Assembly (NCBI GenBank): GCA_965644315.1
Contig: CBFFRQ010000054.1
Location: 1 to 64,000, forward strand
DNA from: Caecitellus pseudoparvulus
Taxonomy: Eukaryota; Protista; Bigyra: Bicosoecida
Direction: 5' to 3'
Length of the DNA: 64,000 nt
Translations under genes and position numbers: made by a program
Part shown: positions 39,659 through 50,109 of the stretch, piece by piece
How positions within the stretch are numbered: position 1 is the stretch's first letter
Layout: each line of letters begins with the position of its first letter
The notes under the pieces: model-generated
What the model was told of the DNA's origin: nothing
The model's input: the letters and a program-made list of their open reading frames with translations, nothing else
Databases searched by the model: none

Positions 39659-39897
39659 ATGTTGCGGGGGCGTTTCCTCGGGCAGCTGCGGGACAGAAAT
39701 CATGCCAACCGGGTGTGGAAAAGGATATTTGGTTGCCGTGCTGACAGGTCAGGATCTTGTTGCTATTCTTGACCAAATGAGCGAGCTTTGGCAGAAAAGC
39801 GCGCAGCTCCCTCCAGCCTTACGAGACTCAGTCAAGACTCTATGAGTACAAGTTGAATTACTACGCCAAAATCGAAGAGCACACAAGATGGTGCTAG
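39659..39897 (+). CDS. Candidate 44-aa microprotein, 2 exons (39659-39712, 39817-39897)
   Basis: MLRGRFLGQLRDRNHANR|PYETQSRLYEYKLNYYAKIEEHTRWC*. Joined by a GT..polypyrimidine-CAG intron; fills an otherwise empty intergenic gap. Confidence 0.4.
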
Positions 39898-39985
39898 GGC
39901 ACGCGTCCATGACCGGCGGCAATGTCAAACAAGGCGGCGCAATACGCCACATCACACATGTCATGCATTCACACCGCTTGCTGCG

Positions 39986-40945
39986 TTACACTCCTGACGC
40001 GCCAACGCCACTGGTGTGCACACGCACTCCAGGCGGTGCAGGGGGCACGGGGCCCATTTCCAGGCCCTGAGCGCTGCGGTCTGTAGCGCTACTGGGAGGA
40101 GGGGGCACGGCCTCAGCTCCGGCAGACGTATGCCGGTTGCCACCTCCAAAGTGCTTCAGGCGGGCCGCTTGGTACACCACCCCTGCGTAGTGCAGGGTGA
40201 CCAGGGCGCCGAGGAGGGCTTTCAGGCCAGCAAAGAACACGCCGACGTTCATGTACGATGGAGCCAGAATGCCAGCAGTGAACTGCACCACCGCCTGCAC
40301 CACCGCCATGCCCATCCACGCCTCAGCGGCGTAACGCAGCGTGAGCGGGGGGGCTCCACAGAACAAGGAGGAAGCAGCCGTCCCGGCAATGACTAGCCAC
40401 ACCACACCCTGCACGATTTGCACGACGCCCATAGCCGCCATGTAGTCTCCCTGCGCGTGCAGCCGCTTGACCACGGCGGGGTCGCTGAGGTTGAAGCCGA
40501 AATCGGCCAGAGCGTCCACGATGTCGTCGCCAGAGGCGGTGGGCGGTGGTGCGAAGGGGTTGTCGGGCTTGGCGGGCTCGCGGGGGGATGTGGCCACCCA
40601 CTGCCACGCTGCTGCCGCCAAGCTGCGCCCCCCACCTGCTGGCTTCTGCTGCTGGTGTTGCTGCCGCATGTACTTCTGAATGCTCTCCTGGTCCTCCTCT
40701 ATGCTGTGCACGTAATCCGCCCCGCTGGAAGGCGCGGTTGCGCCCATGCTGATTGAGGCGGCGCCACTGAGCAGCGTGAGGATGGCCAGAACCGCTGCAC
40801 CAGTCGGGATGGCGCAGAGACACCAGCAGCACTTGGCGGGGTGCACGTAGCGGTAGACGGGGTCTGGCAAGTGGCTGAACCACGCAGGCTCAAAGTCGTC
40901 CAAAGCAGCGTCTGCTGCTTGACCTGGTGCCGCGTACCGTGCCAT
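39986..40945 (-). CDS. Four-TM membrane protein, LAPTM-like
   Basis: KCCWCLCAIPTGAAVLAILTLL resembles the CC-x-C...TG-TM1 start of LAPTM/tetraspan-like proteins. Four hydrophobic helices are present. Confidence 0.65.
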   Translation of the reverse strand: MARYAAPGQAADAALDDFEPAWFSHLPDPVYRYVHPAKCCWCLCAIPTGAAVLAILTLLSGAASISMGATAPSSGADYVHSIEEDQESIQKYMRQQHQQQKPAGGGRSLAAAAWQWVATSPREPAKPDNPFAPPPTASGDDIVDALADFGFNLSDPAVVKRLHAQGDYMAAMGVVQIVQGVVWLVIAGTAASSLFCGAPPLTLRYAAEAWMGMAVVQAVVQFTAGILAPSYMNVGVFFAGLKALLGALVTLHYAGVVYQAARLKHFGGGNRHTSAGAEAVPPPPSSATDRSAQGLEMGPVPPAPPGVRVHTSGVGASGV

Positions 40946-41433
40946 GTTGGCGCGTAAGGTTGAGCCGAAAACGTGTGCTGCGCCGGCGCGGAACTTGCGG
41001 TGAAACACGCTGCTCTCTGCAACGCGGCATTGCAGGGCAGTCTGTGCCGCAACGGGGTGCTGCACGTACTAGGACAGGGGAGGAAGCCTGCAGCCCCAAG
41101 CCTTGACGCTGCAGGTCGCAAGGAGGCAGTGCTGGAGCGACAAGCTTCCACGTGTGTCGGTCGGTCCTCCTGGTGGACTCGATGCTGTAAGATCAGGTGA
41201 GTCCGACCAGCGCTGCGGAGGGTCGGCACACAAAGTTGCAATGAGAAGGGTTTTGGGTGGATGAGTAAAAATTCTGCATCCCTTATAAAGGCTCAACTAG
41301 GCCCGCTGCGCACCGCCGCCACTGCGCTTGTGAGCTTCATTTGCGACTGCTGCTGGAGGCTTCAGCGTTTCACTGAGCCGGGGGAGCCTGCGGCGTGCAC
41401 CTCTTCCCCGCCGCTGAGCGCGGCTGCCGTGCC

Positions 41434-42913
41434 ATGGCGGCAAGCCAGCAGTTTTACGCTGTGGAAGACGCGGGCAGTGGCGACGTGTACTACTTCAATG
41501 CCGAAACCAAGGTGAGCGGGGGTGCCTGCACGCCTGGCGTTTCACCTGGACGCCACAGTTACACTGCGCTTGCTGCGCGCAGGAGACGGTGTGGGAGCTG
41601 CCACCGGGTGCAGTGCTGCTGGCGAAAGTCGTGCCAGAAGGCTCGGATGCCAGTCTGGAGGGCCAGACGGTGACTGAGGGTGCGTGCAGCGCGGCGTGTG
41701 CTTGGCTGTGTGTGTGGTGCAGGGACGGACAGCCAGCTTCCCCTGCGCAGGGTGGATTTTCAAGAGTGACCCACGGGGGCGCACCTTCAAGCGGCGGTGG
41801 ATCGTGGTGGACGCCAGCACGCAAAGCGCCCTGTACTACGCCAACAACCCCCGCATCACCATGGCGCGGTACCACGTAACCGAGCAGCCCAAAGGCACGT
41901 TTGATCTGAAGGGGGCCAGTGTGGCGGAGGTGGCCGAGGCGCCCACCGCCGCCCCTGCCCCCTTCTGTTTCCAGCTGTTCATGGGCAAGAAGGAACCCAT
42001 CTTCGCCTGCAAGAAGGCAGAGTCCCGGGCGAAGTGGATGGAGGTCCTGCGAGCCGCCGCCAGCGGGGAGGGCGCTGGGCGGGGGGGGGACCTGTCTGTC
42101 GCAGCCGCTGTGAAGGTGGAGCAGGTGCCGCCTGCGCCGTGGGAGGGCTGGATGTTCAAGGCCGACCCCGAGGGGCGCAAGTGGACCAAGCGGTACGGGT
42201 ACCTGGATGCGGCCGCCTACACCTTCGCATACTTCACGGACAACACGCGGGTGACGGCCAAGGGCTGCATTGACCTGCGGGGGGCGGCGCTGGAGCTGGG
42301 CCCAGGTGCGGAGGTGGCCCGCATGATGGGCCCAGCCGCCTCCCGCGAAACGCCCGCCCTGAACATCACCACGGGCGGCACCAAGCGCCGCACCTACGCC
42401 ATCCGCGTCGCCGACATCCCCACCTTGCAGGACCTCTTCAACAAGGCCTGTGCCGTGGCGCGAGCTGCGGCGGCGTCAGCTCAGCCTGGGACTGCCGCTG
42501 CGGCAGGTGGCGTGGCTGCGGGGAACCCACTGCGCAGCGCCGCTGTGACCGCGTCCACTGTGAAGGGGGCCCGTGGGTGGCTGCACAAGGCCAACCCCGC
42601 CGGCAAGTACTGGAAACGGCGGTGGGCAGACCTAGTGGTGGCGCCACCTGACTCCACGCATGGCGTGTGTCTGAAGTACCACACTGACGCGCCGTCGGCA
42701 GGCGGTGTGTTGAAAGGCGCCATCCCGCTGTCAGGCGCCACAGTGGAGTTGGTGGACCGCAGCACCTGCCCACAAGTCAAGAACGCGCCGACAGTGTTCG
42801 CGCTCGTCGTGCGCACAGCTGAGCGGAACTGGTGGCTGGCTGCGGAGAACGGCCCAGACCGTAACAGCTGGTACGTTGCTCTGGCCGCTGCCTGTGCGGC
42901 GGCTGGCAAGTGA
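41434..42913 (+). CDS. WW-domain plus three PH-domain protein, 3 exons
   Basis: GDVYYFNAETK|ETVWELP is WW-like. Three repeats of GW(I/M/L)xKxxPxGxxWxxR...Y....KGxIxLxGA...W are PH domains. Confidence 0.88.
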
Positions 42914-42975
42914 CGCGCGCTCGCTCTCAGTCCCTCTGTCCGCTGTCCTGGCTCACAATGCACTGCGTTTGTCCG

Positions 42976-44040
42976 TCACCCCGGGCCAGGCATCCACGCT
43001 GGCTCGAAGGCTGGCGCGTGCACGTTGAACACCCGTCTGGGCCCATCAGCGGGGGGGGCTTCACCTGCCGCCGGCTCAGGCAGTGGCGTGCTGGCCGCTG
43101 CCCATGCGCTGCGCAGGTCTGCCAGGCGCTCATGTAACGCATCAGCGGACAACAGCGCCACGGCAGTGACTCGGGCATGGATGTCCAGGGCCTTGCCCAG
43201 AGCGCGTTTGGACAGTGGCTGCAGGAACAGAACCCCCCGCTGTTCGCAGTGCTCCCGCAGACGTGCCACGCCATCCGCGACACTCGGAACACCGAACACG
43301 ACGCGGGGGGCCAGCACCAGCAACGCAGCACCCGACGTCACAGCGCGTGTCGCCTGGCGAATGCCCAGGGCCAGCCACTGGTGCTGGCCTTTGGGCGTCA
43401 ACGCCGCCCCCCGCCCCCTCCGCCTAGCAGCCTTGCGAGCAGTCTTGGGCAGGGGGGTGGCGATGGCCGTGCCTGCTGCTGCCGCCGCCGCCAGCTGAGC
43501 TGCGTGCTGTACGCGCATGTGCAGGAAGCGGGCCTGGGCGAGGATGTCCTGCACTGCCTCCTGCAGCGCTGCCACGGCAGCAGGTGGCCCGGGCAGAGGT
43601 GGCAGTGGTGTATCCGGCAGGCGCTGGGCGCTAGGGCCGGTGCGGAGGGGGTGACTGAGTGCCGAGCGCGGGACAGCGCTGCCGGGGGGCAGCACGTCCT
43701 GCAGGATGTCCCGCTTCATCGTCGTGAGCGTCTTCTTGCGGGAGCCTTGTGGGGCCGTCTTGGTTTGCCGCAGGCGCAGACCAGGCGGAGGCGGCGCCGG
43801 CACAGCTGCCGCAGACGGTGCAGCTGACCCCAGCACAGCCTTCACATCCGACTTTAGCTGCTTCAGGCGCTGCAGAGGCGAGGCAGGGCCTGCGCTCGGC
43901 GCCGGCGCCTGCTTGGCGGGTGGCCTGCTGCGTGGAGCTGCGGTAATTGGCCCAGGCACGCTGCGGCGTGGACTGAAAGCGGCACCACGTTGTGACGCCC
44001 TGCCCCCCCCGCCTGCCGCCGCAGCGTACGACTGTGCCAT
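42976..44040 (-). CDS. SECISBP2: SECIS-binding protein 2-like (L7Ae domain) with C-terminal PAM2-like motif
   Basis: KKTLTTMKRDIL (SID-like K-rich motif), AVQDILAQARFLHMR, LALGIRQATRAV, LLVLAP and LSKRALGKAL...VTAVALLSAD align by eye with the SBP2 L7Ae module. The protein ends FNVHAPAFEP. Confidence 0.72.
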   Translation of the reverse strand: MAQSYAAAAGGGGRASQRGAAFSPRRSVPGPITAAPRSRPPAKQAPAPSAGPASPLQRLKQLKSDVKAVLGSAAPSAAAVPAPPPPGLRLRQTKTAPQGSRKKTLTTMKRDILQDVLPPGSAVPRSALSHPLRTGPSAQRLPDTPLPPLPGPPAAVAALQEAVQDILAQARFLHMRVQHAAQLAAAAAAGTAIATPLPKTARKAARRRGRGAALTPKGQHQWLALGIRQATRAVTSGAALLVLAPRVVFGVPSVADGVARLREHCEQRGVLFLQPLSKRALGKALDIHARVTAVALLSADALHERLADLRSAWAAASTPLPEPAAGEAPPADGPRRVFNVHAPAFEPAWMPGPG

Positions 44041-44337
44041 GGTGTCTCCGCAGAGTCCTGCTCTCCCCCACCAGGCGCAACCCGCTTCATCACAGCTTGC
44101 GATGTTGTGAACGGGTGTGCATGCAGAGCGAGAGGGGGCCCTTACACCCCCCCCCCCTTCACACTGCGACGGTGCCTGCGACGCGGCATGACCGCAGCGC
44201 GGCGCCCCGCAGCGCACTTTCGACACCGACCCCGAACAGCCACCGTGACAAGGCGTGCCTGCATTCGGCTTGCCTGACTCTGCCGCCGTGCAGAGCGCTG
44301 TGTTGTGCTGGTGCAGTTCCCCGACCGCAATTCCGCA

Positions 44338-45973
44338 AGTGCGTGCCAGCACACCGCCGCCGCGGGACGCCTCCCAGCCCCCGCACACGTGCGCCCCCCC
44401 CCTCCCTCAGTGACGCGCATTCTGGACACTCTGGAGCCTTTCATGGCGTACCTGCCCGAGGTGCAGCGCGCCAACGGCCCAGTGCGTGCCCTTGCTGACA
44501 AGCACACGTGGCCTGCCTCCGCACACCGCACTCCCACCCTCGCCGCCAGGTTCGCTTCCAAGACAAGCTGCTGTACACACTGTTCACCCTGCTGGTGTTC
44601 CTGGTCATGAGCCAGATCCCCCTGTACGGCGTGGCCATCAAGAACTCCTCCGACCCCTTCTACTGGATGCGTGTCATCATGGCCTCCAACCGGTGCGTGC
44701 GCTGCGGCACTGGCGCAGCGCCGCTGGCCGTCACCACACCTGCCCCCCCCCTCCCCTCCGCAGCGGCACCCTCATGGAGCTGGGCATCACGCCTGTGATC
44801 TCCTCTGGCATGATCGCTCAGCTGCTGGCTGGCGCCAAGATCATCGACGTGAACATGTCCCAGCCCAAGGACCAGACGCTGTTCAACGGCGCCCAGAAGC
44901 TGCTGGCCATCCTCATCACCCTGGGCGAGGCGGTCACGTACATCGCCTCGGGCGTGTACGGCGAGCTGGGCGACCTGGGCATCGTGAACGCTCTGCTGCT
45001 GCTGGCCCAGCTCATGGTGGCGGGCCTCGTCGTCATCCTCCTGGACGAGCTGCTGCAGAAGGGCTACGGCATGGGCTCCGGCATTTCCCTCTTCATCGCC
45101 ACCAACATCTGCGAGACTGTCGTGTGGAAGTCCTTCTCCCCCACCACCGTCAACGTCGGCCGCGGCCCCGAGTTCGAGGGCGCCATCATCGCCCTCTTCC
45201 ACTACCTCTTCACCCAGGACAACAAGCTCAAGGCCCTGCGCATGGCCTTCTTCCGGGAGGGCCTGCCCAACTGCGGCAACCTCATCGCCACCGTCGTCGT
45301 CTTCGTCGTCGTCATCTACCTGCAGGGCTTCAAGGTCACCCTGGCCCGCCGCCACAAGCGCTCCGGCTTCACCGCGCCCCTGGACATCAAGCTCTTCTAC
45401 ACCTCCAACATCCCCATCATCCTCCAGACCGCCCTCGTCTCCAACCTCTACTTCCTCTCCCAGCTCCTCTGGAAGCGCTATGGCACCAACCCCATCGTGC
45501 GCCTGCTGGGCACGTGGGCCGACCTGGAGTCGGGCGCCTCCCGCCCCGTCGGCGGCCTGGCGTACTACATGTCCCCCCCCCACAACCTGTACGCCGTCGT
45601 GGAGGACCCCTTCCACACGCTCTTCTACCTCACCTTCATCCTCGCCACCTGCGCCATCTTCTCACGCTTCTGGATCGAAATCTCCCCCGGCCAGTCCTCC
45701 ACCGACATGGCCCAGCAGCTGCTGAGCCAGGACTTCACCCTGGGCGGTGCCGACCGCGCCTCCAAGGAGTCCGTCAAGAAGACCCTGGACCGCTACATCC
45801 CCGTCGCCGCTGCCTTCGGCGGCATGTGCATCGGCGCGCTCTCCGTCTTCGCAGACTTCCTCGGCGCCATCGGCTCCGGCACCGGTATCCTGCTCAGCGT
45901 CACCATCATCTACTCCTACCTGGAGGAGAACCGCAAGCGCCAGCGCGAGGGCGAGAGCATCGGCATCTTCTAA
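44338..45973 (+). CDS. SEC61A: Protein translocon subunit Sec61 alpha, 4 exons; ATG apparently split by intron 44339-44410
   Basis: [86 protein letters not shown] and [11 protein letters not shown] are Sec61 alpha signatures. Confidence 0.96.
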
Positions 45974-46066
45974 GCCCCCACCACAATGCAGGCACACCCT
46001 GGCAGGCAGCCGCCAGCGTGAGAAGAACGTGCATGCATTCCACAGGCCGCGACGGCTGGCGCCGCG

Positions 46067-46818
46067 TCACTCCTCGTCCCCTTCCAGCGCGAACATGAGC
46101 CCCCCTGCGTCGCCCCCCTCGCCCCCCTCGCCATCACTGGACAGGGCGTCTGCGGAGAACACGCCCAGCCCAGCCGCTGGCTCAGACGGCACGTCCTTGG
46201 CGTCAGCGCCAGCGGAGCCAGGCGGGCCATCGGCCGCTGCCTTGCTGCTGCCTGTGTGGTCCACGTGAGGCGCCGTCTTGGCCTTGACACTGGAAAGCAA
46301 ATCCATCGCTGTTCGAGCACTGCCACTTCCAGGCGTGGACGTCCTGCGGCGCAGCGCAGGCACAGCAGGTGGCAGGGCAGGCGTTGCGGCGGAGACGGCT
46401 GACGCAAAACGCACATGCTTGCTCCTCGGCGGCCCGCCATCGCCATGGCACTCCTAGCTGGCGCAGACGCTGCTATGGCCCGCATACTCCCACTGGGCAC
46501 CGTTTTCTGCGCGCAGGCGGGGCGAGGGGGGACGACGTGCCCAGCGCACAGGTAGCGGAGCCACATGTGCACTGCACTTCACAGCCTCGACCACGCCACC
46601 CGGCAGCCGGCACGCACCAGCACGCTGGACGCCTGGGGGGACGGATCTGGAAGCTGCATCTCTGGCATGTCCATGGCCAGCTTGGGCGCCGGCAAAGACC
46701 CAATCACCGGCGCCGCCGGCGGCATACTCTGTGAGATGTCCACACCGCCTCGCTTGCCACGGCCCCGGGCAGGCCCCCGGGGCGCGATGGGGATGGGGTT
46801 AGATCGCTGCGCTGCCAT
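46067..46818 (-). CDS. Hypothetical disordered protein, 3 exons
   Basis: MAAQRSNPIPIAP...QASSVL|KTVPSG...GASM|TSTPGS...GLMFALEGDEE*. Joined by two GTGCGT..GCAG introns that preserve frame. Confidence 0.6.
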
Positions 46819-47548
46819 GCTGCAGTCTGACACGCGAACGCTTGCGTTGGGCCCAAGGCACCAGCCGCGGGCGGGCTTGGCGTGGCTGAGCTGGACGAAG
46901 CGCCTGGGTGCGGAACTACAGGTGGCTTCGCTAACCGTGGCGAACGCTCAGACGGCGCTGCTGCACGTGCAGACAACTGCAGAGCACAGCCAAGGCGCTT
47001 GGATAGACTTGGAGGTTGTGTCGTTTGTATAGTGGTGACACATGCGCACTGCGCTTTCCGTTGATCCGGGCAGACTTTGGCCTTCGCATCTGAGGAACGT
47101 GTGTGCGGGTGGCTGGAAGGTGGGCACAGACTTCCCCAGGCCTCCTTGCAAATGGGAGGACCTTGTATTGGTGCTTTGCGCCGCAGGATGTCAACCAGGG
47201 CCGGTGCTTGGCGGCGCGGCACGGATTGGTACGTCGTTCGTGGGCGACATCAAACTTCGGTTCGCAGACCGTGACCACTTACACAGCTGACCGAACAGGG
47301 AATTGCCTAGATGCCCCCTTGTTTTGTGAGACGGCAGGCGAAAGGAGGCAGCAGCCAGCTGTACGCCAAGTCTGGTATGCGGGGCGGGGGCTGGTGAGTC
47401 ACGGCGGTGAGCAGAAGTCCAAGGTGATGGATCCTCCACATTTGGGTCACTAAACGCAAAGCATAGGGACGAAGAAGTGACGCACGGCCCACCCAGCCAC
47501 CTGCAGATTACTGTGCAAGTCAAGGGGCGGCTAGCAGTGTGTTGCGCT

Positions 47549-47735
47549 GCCGAGGACTGCCTCTCACACCCATCGAGGTGCCCGAGTCAGTCCCGCGCTC
47601 ACTGCACCTAACTTGCTGACCCAGCAGCCCCCCTCGCGAGGCGCAGTTTGAGCACAATGGGGTCATGCGTGTAGGTGGATCGAGCGTTGGCAGGTTTGAC
47701 CAAGCTCCTGACTGAAGCTTGCCAGCTGCACTCAC
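47549..47735. repeat. ~185-bp direct repeat, copy 1 (copy 2 at 50110-50295)
   Basis: tgcctctcacacccatcgaggtgcccgagtcagtcccgcgctcactgcacc...gctgcactca aligns with 50119-50294, with scattered substitutions. Confidence 0.93.
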
Positions 47736-47941
47736 AAATGTCACACATGTCAAAAAACGATTTTGCGAAATGATTCATTACATTCAAGTATCACTCAGCA
47801 TTGTTTTCAGTGAGTGGTTGATGCTCGTTGACTTGCTTTCCCTTCAGCAAGTGCAACCACTTGCCAGCGGAAGTACCCACAGGCTTGCCGCAAACTCACC
47901 ACTGCAAACTACATTGCTGCGCTGGCACATCGCGGGGGGAC

Positions 47942-49939
47942 ATGGCTGCAGCATCTCCAGATGAGCTCAGAATGGGCATTGGCCCTGTTGATGCGTTGGT
48001 GGACGTCGCTCGAGGGCCATGTGTGAGCAGCGTTGCTGTGAGTGATAAAATTGCTGGTGCGCTGTTGGGCCTGGCTGGTGCGGTGGGTGAGCCCAGATCC
48101 GATTCCGGGCAGTGGCTGGGATTGGAAGGCCAGGTGGCAGCATTGAGGAGTATTGAGGTTGGCTTGATCCGCTTGCTGGGAGAAGTGAAGGACAAGGCAA
48201 CAGGTCGTCTTGAGCGTGGACTCACCCGCTTGTGCTGGCAAGTGCAAGTGTTGCAGCGTGCTGTTCGAGACATGGTACGAGGGACTCTGGTGCAAGGTGA
48301 ATGGGTAGATAGAATGCGGCTGCGTGGTGGATATAACGACCTTGTCCGCGCCTGGGAGCGCGTTTCCTTCTGGTTGGAGCAGGGAGAGGGTGCTGATCAC
48401 GCGGTACTTCGCGGAATGGCACTCTCAGTTCCAAGGCTTCCAACAGGTGCACCAAAGTGCCAACAACATGGGCATGCCATGCGAGATGGCAAGATAGCAG
48501 CTGCACAGCGTGCAGTTTCCTCGTGGGGTGAAAATCTACAACGGCAGCCAGCAGGAGAAGTGAAGTCTGCTAGTGGTGACTTGCGGCTGGTGTCCGAATC
48601 CCTTCAGCTGCTGCGGAAGCTCAATTTGCCTGAGGAGGAAGTTATGCAAGGCGGAAGTGTGGGCGAGCCTGTACCTGTGCAGGTTGCTGGGGGCGGTCGC
48701 GCATTTGTTCGGGCAGACGGGGGAGGGATTGTGTTTGAGTGGCGGAGTGAGTTTCGGGCACCAGTCCTTGCCGCGGACGAAGACGAAGTAGCCTGGGCTC
48801 GAAGGACTCGCGAGATGATACACAGTGCAGTATCTGGCCTTCTGCTTGGTAAAGCAGTGAATCAGTGGGCGGAGAAAGAGGGGGCAGACTCCCCGGTGCA
48901 AGAGTTGCGGAGCATCGCACTCGAGGCAGTGTCTGAAGGGGGCTCCCACATTTTCCTCGATTCTCCTCTCGGGGGGCTTGCGTTCATTGTGCTGCAAGTC
49001 ACAGTGGACGTCTGCGTCCCATTGGCTGTCATGATCAAAGATGCTGCTTGGCAAGAAGATGACAGCGACGAGATCAAGGCAGGTGTGGCGCGTGAGTGCT
49101 TGTCTCTTTTGAGCACTTGTGAGCAGTCAGGGGCCGGGCACGTGCCGGGTCAGGGCATTGGGGCCCTGGTTATCGAAGGAAACACAGACTGCCCAGCGAG
49201 TAGCGTGGCACGGGGCTTGGCAAAGGTGCGCATTTGTGCAGGCAGCGTTGCTCTGCTGATGACTGCGGAGAACGGCGAGGCCGGGCAATGGGGGGACGCT
49301 GTGGCCAGTGTGTTTAGTTCCGAAGAGCTGAGCAGCATGGGTGGTGCCTTCGAAAGTCGTGTCGCCACTGTCAATGGTGCCACCTCCGGTTCTTTTGGGA
49401 GCATGCTGACTGGCTTTGAAAGACGCGGTGTGTGGGGGAACCTTGTTCATGTGCACAAACCTGACAGTGCAGTCGCTGCTGTACACGGCATGGGGGTAGT
49501 ATGTAGTGCTGGCCTGTCTTGGGCCCGAGATGAGGTGGGAAGCGCCGCGATGGGGCAAGTGTGGGACCGAGTGGTTGAAAGTGGCAGCACTGTTGTCGAC
49601 AGCCTTTGGGATGGGATGAGTGGATGGCGTATCGGTGTGCAGCAAGCAGGGACGATCAACGCAGCGGGACGATGTGGTGGTGTTGATGTATTAGTGAAGC
49701 ATGCAAACGACTTGTGCAAGGGCTGTGTTGATGAAGATTGTGTGGGAGTGTGGCGTTGCTTGCTGGGTGGTGTCGGTGTTGTGGAAAGAGTTGTGGAGTA
49801 CGTCAAGGGTGTTGTGAAAGGAAAAGACCAACACAACCTCGCAGGAGAGGAGGCTTTGCTGGCCAGAAAGGTAGGAGGGCCTGGGATGGGAGGGGTACAC
49901 TTTGGCCATCGAGCAGGAAAGTCTCGATATCGAAGGTGA
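47942..49939 (+). CDS. Orphan intronless 665-aa protein of atypical G/T-rich codon usage
   Basis: Long uninterrupted ORF, flanked by AT-richer DNA and the direct repeats. No recognisable domain. Confidence 0.65.
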   Translation: MAAASPDELRMGIGPVDALVDVARGPCVSSVAVSDKIAGALLGLAGAVGEPRSDSGQWLGLEGQVAALRSIEVGLIRLLGEVKDKATGRLERGLTRLCWQVQVLQRAVRDMVRGTLVQGEWVDRMRLRGGYNDLVRAWERVSFWLEQGEGADHAVLRGMALSVPRLPTGAPKCQQHGHAMRDGKIAAAQRAVSSWGENLQRQPAGEVKSASGDLRLVSESLQLLRKLNLPEEEVMQGGSVGEPVPVQVAGGGRAFVRADGGGIVFEWRSEFRAPVLAADEDEVAWARRTREMIHSAVSGLLLGKAVNQWAEKEGADSPVQELRSIALEAVSEGGSHIFLDSPLGGLAFIVLQVTVDVCVPLAVMIKDAAWQEDDSDEIKAGVARECLSLLSTCEQSGAGHVPGQGIGALVIEGNTDCPASSVARGLAKVRICAGSVALLMTAENGEAGQWGDAVASVFSSEELSSMGGAFESRVATVNGATSGSFGSMLTGFERRGVWGNLVHVHKPDSAVAAVHGMGVVCSAGLSWARDEVGSAAMGQVWDRVVESGSTVVDSLWDGMSGWRIGVQQAGTINAAGRCGGVDVLVKHANDLCKGCVDEDCVGVWRCLLGGVGVVERVVEYVKGVVKGKDQHNLAGEEALLARKVGGPGMGGVHFGHRAGKSRYRR

Positions 49940-50109
49940 CCACTGTGTGTCAAAGTGCATGTGCTCGGCTTCAATACGGACATCGTGCCGCAGGAGTCTG
50001 GTTCAAATCCATTCCCATCACCTGCTCTGTAAACACCCCCATTCATATCAAATGCCAAATCTTAAAGGGCTTCGATCGTCGCGCAAGAGCGATCAAGTTT
50101 CCCCGTATA

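Noticed and set aside
44660-46098. Long overlapping ORFs (318 aa on -, 475 aa on +) over SEC61A
   Set aside because: Explained by the extreme C-ending codon bias of SEC61A; no domain content.
46817-47290. Possible spliced + strand gene
   Set aside because: It would overlap the start of the opposite-strand gene, donor sites are weak and the product is unrecognisable.
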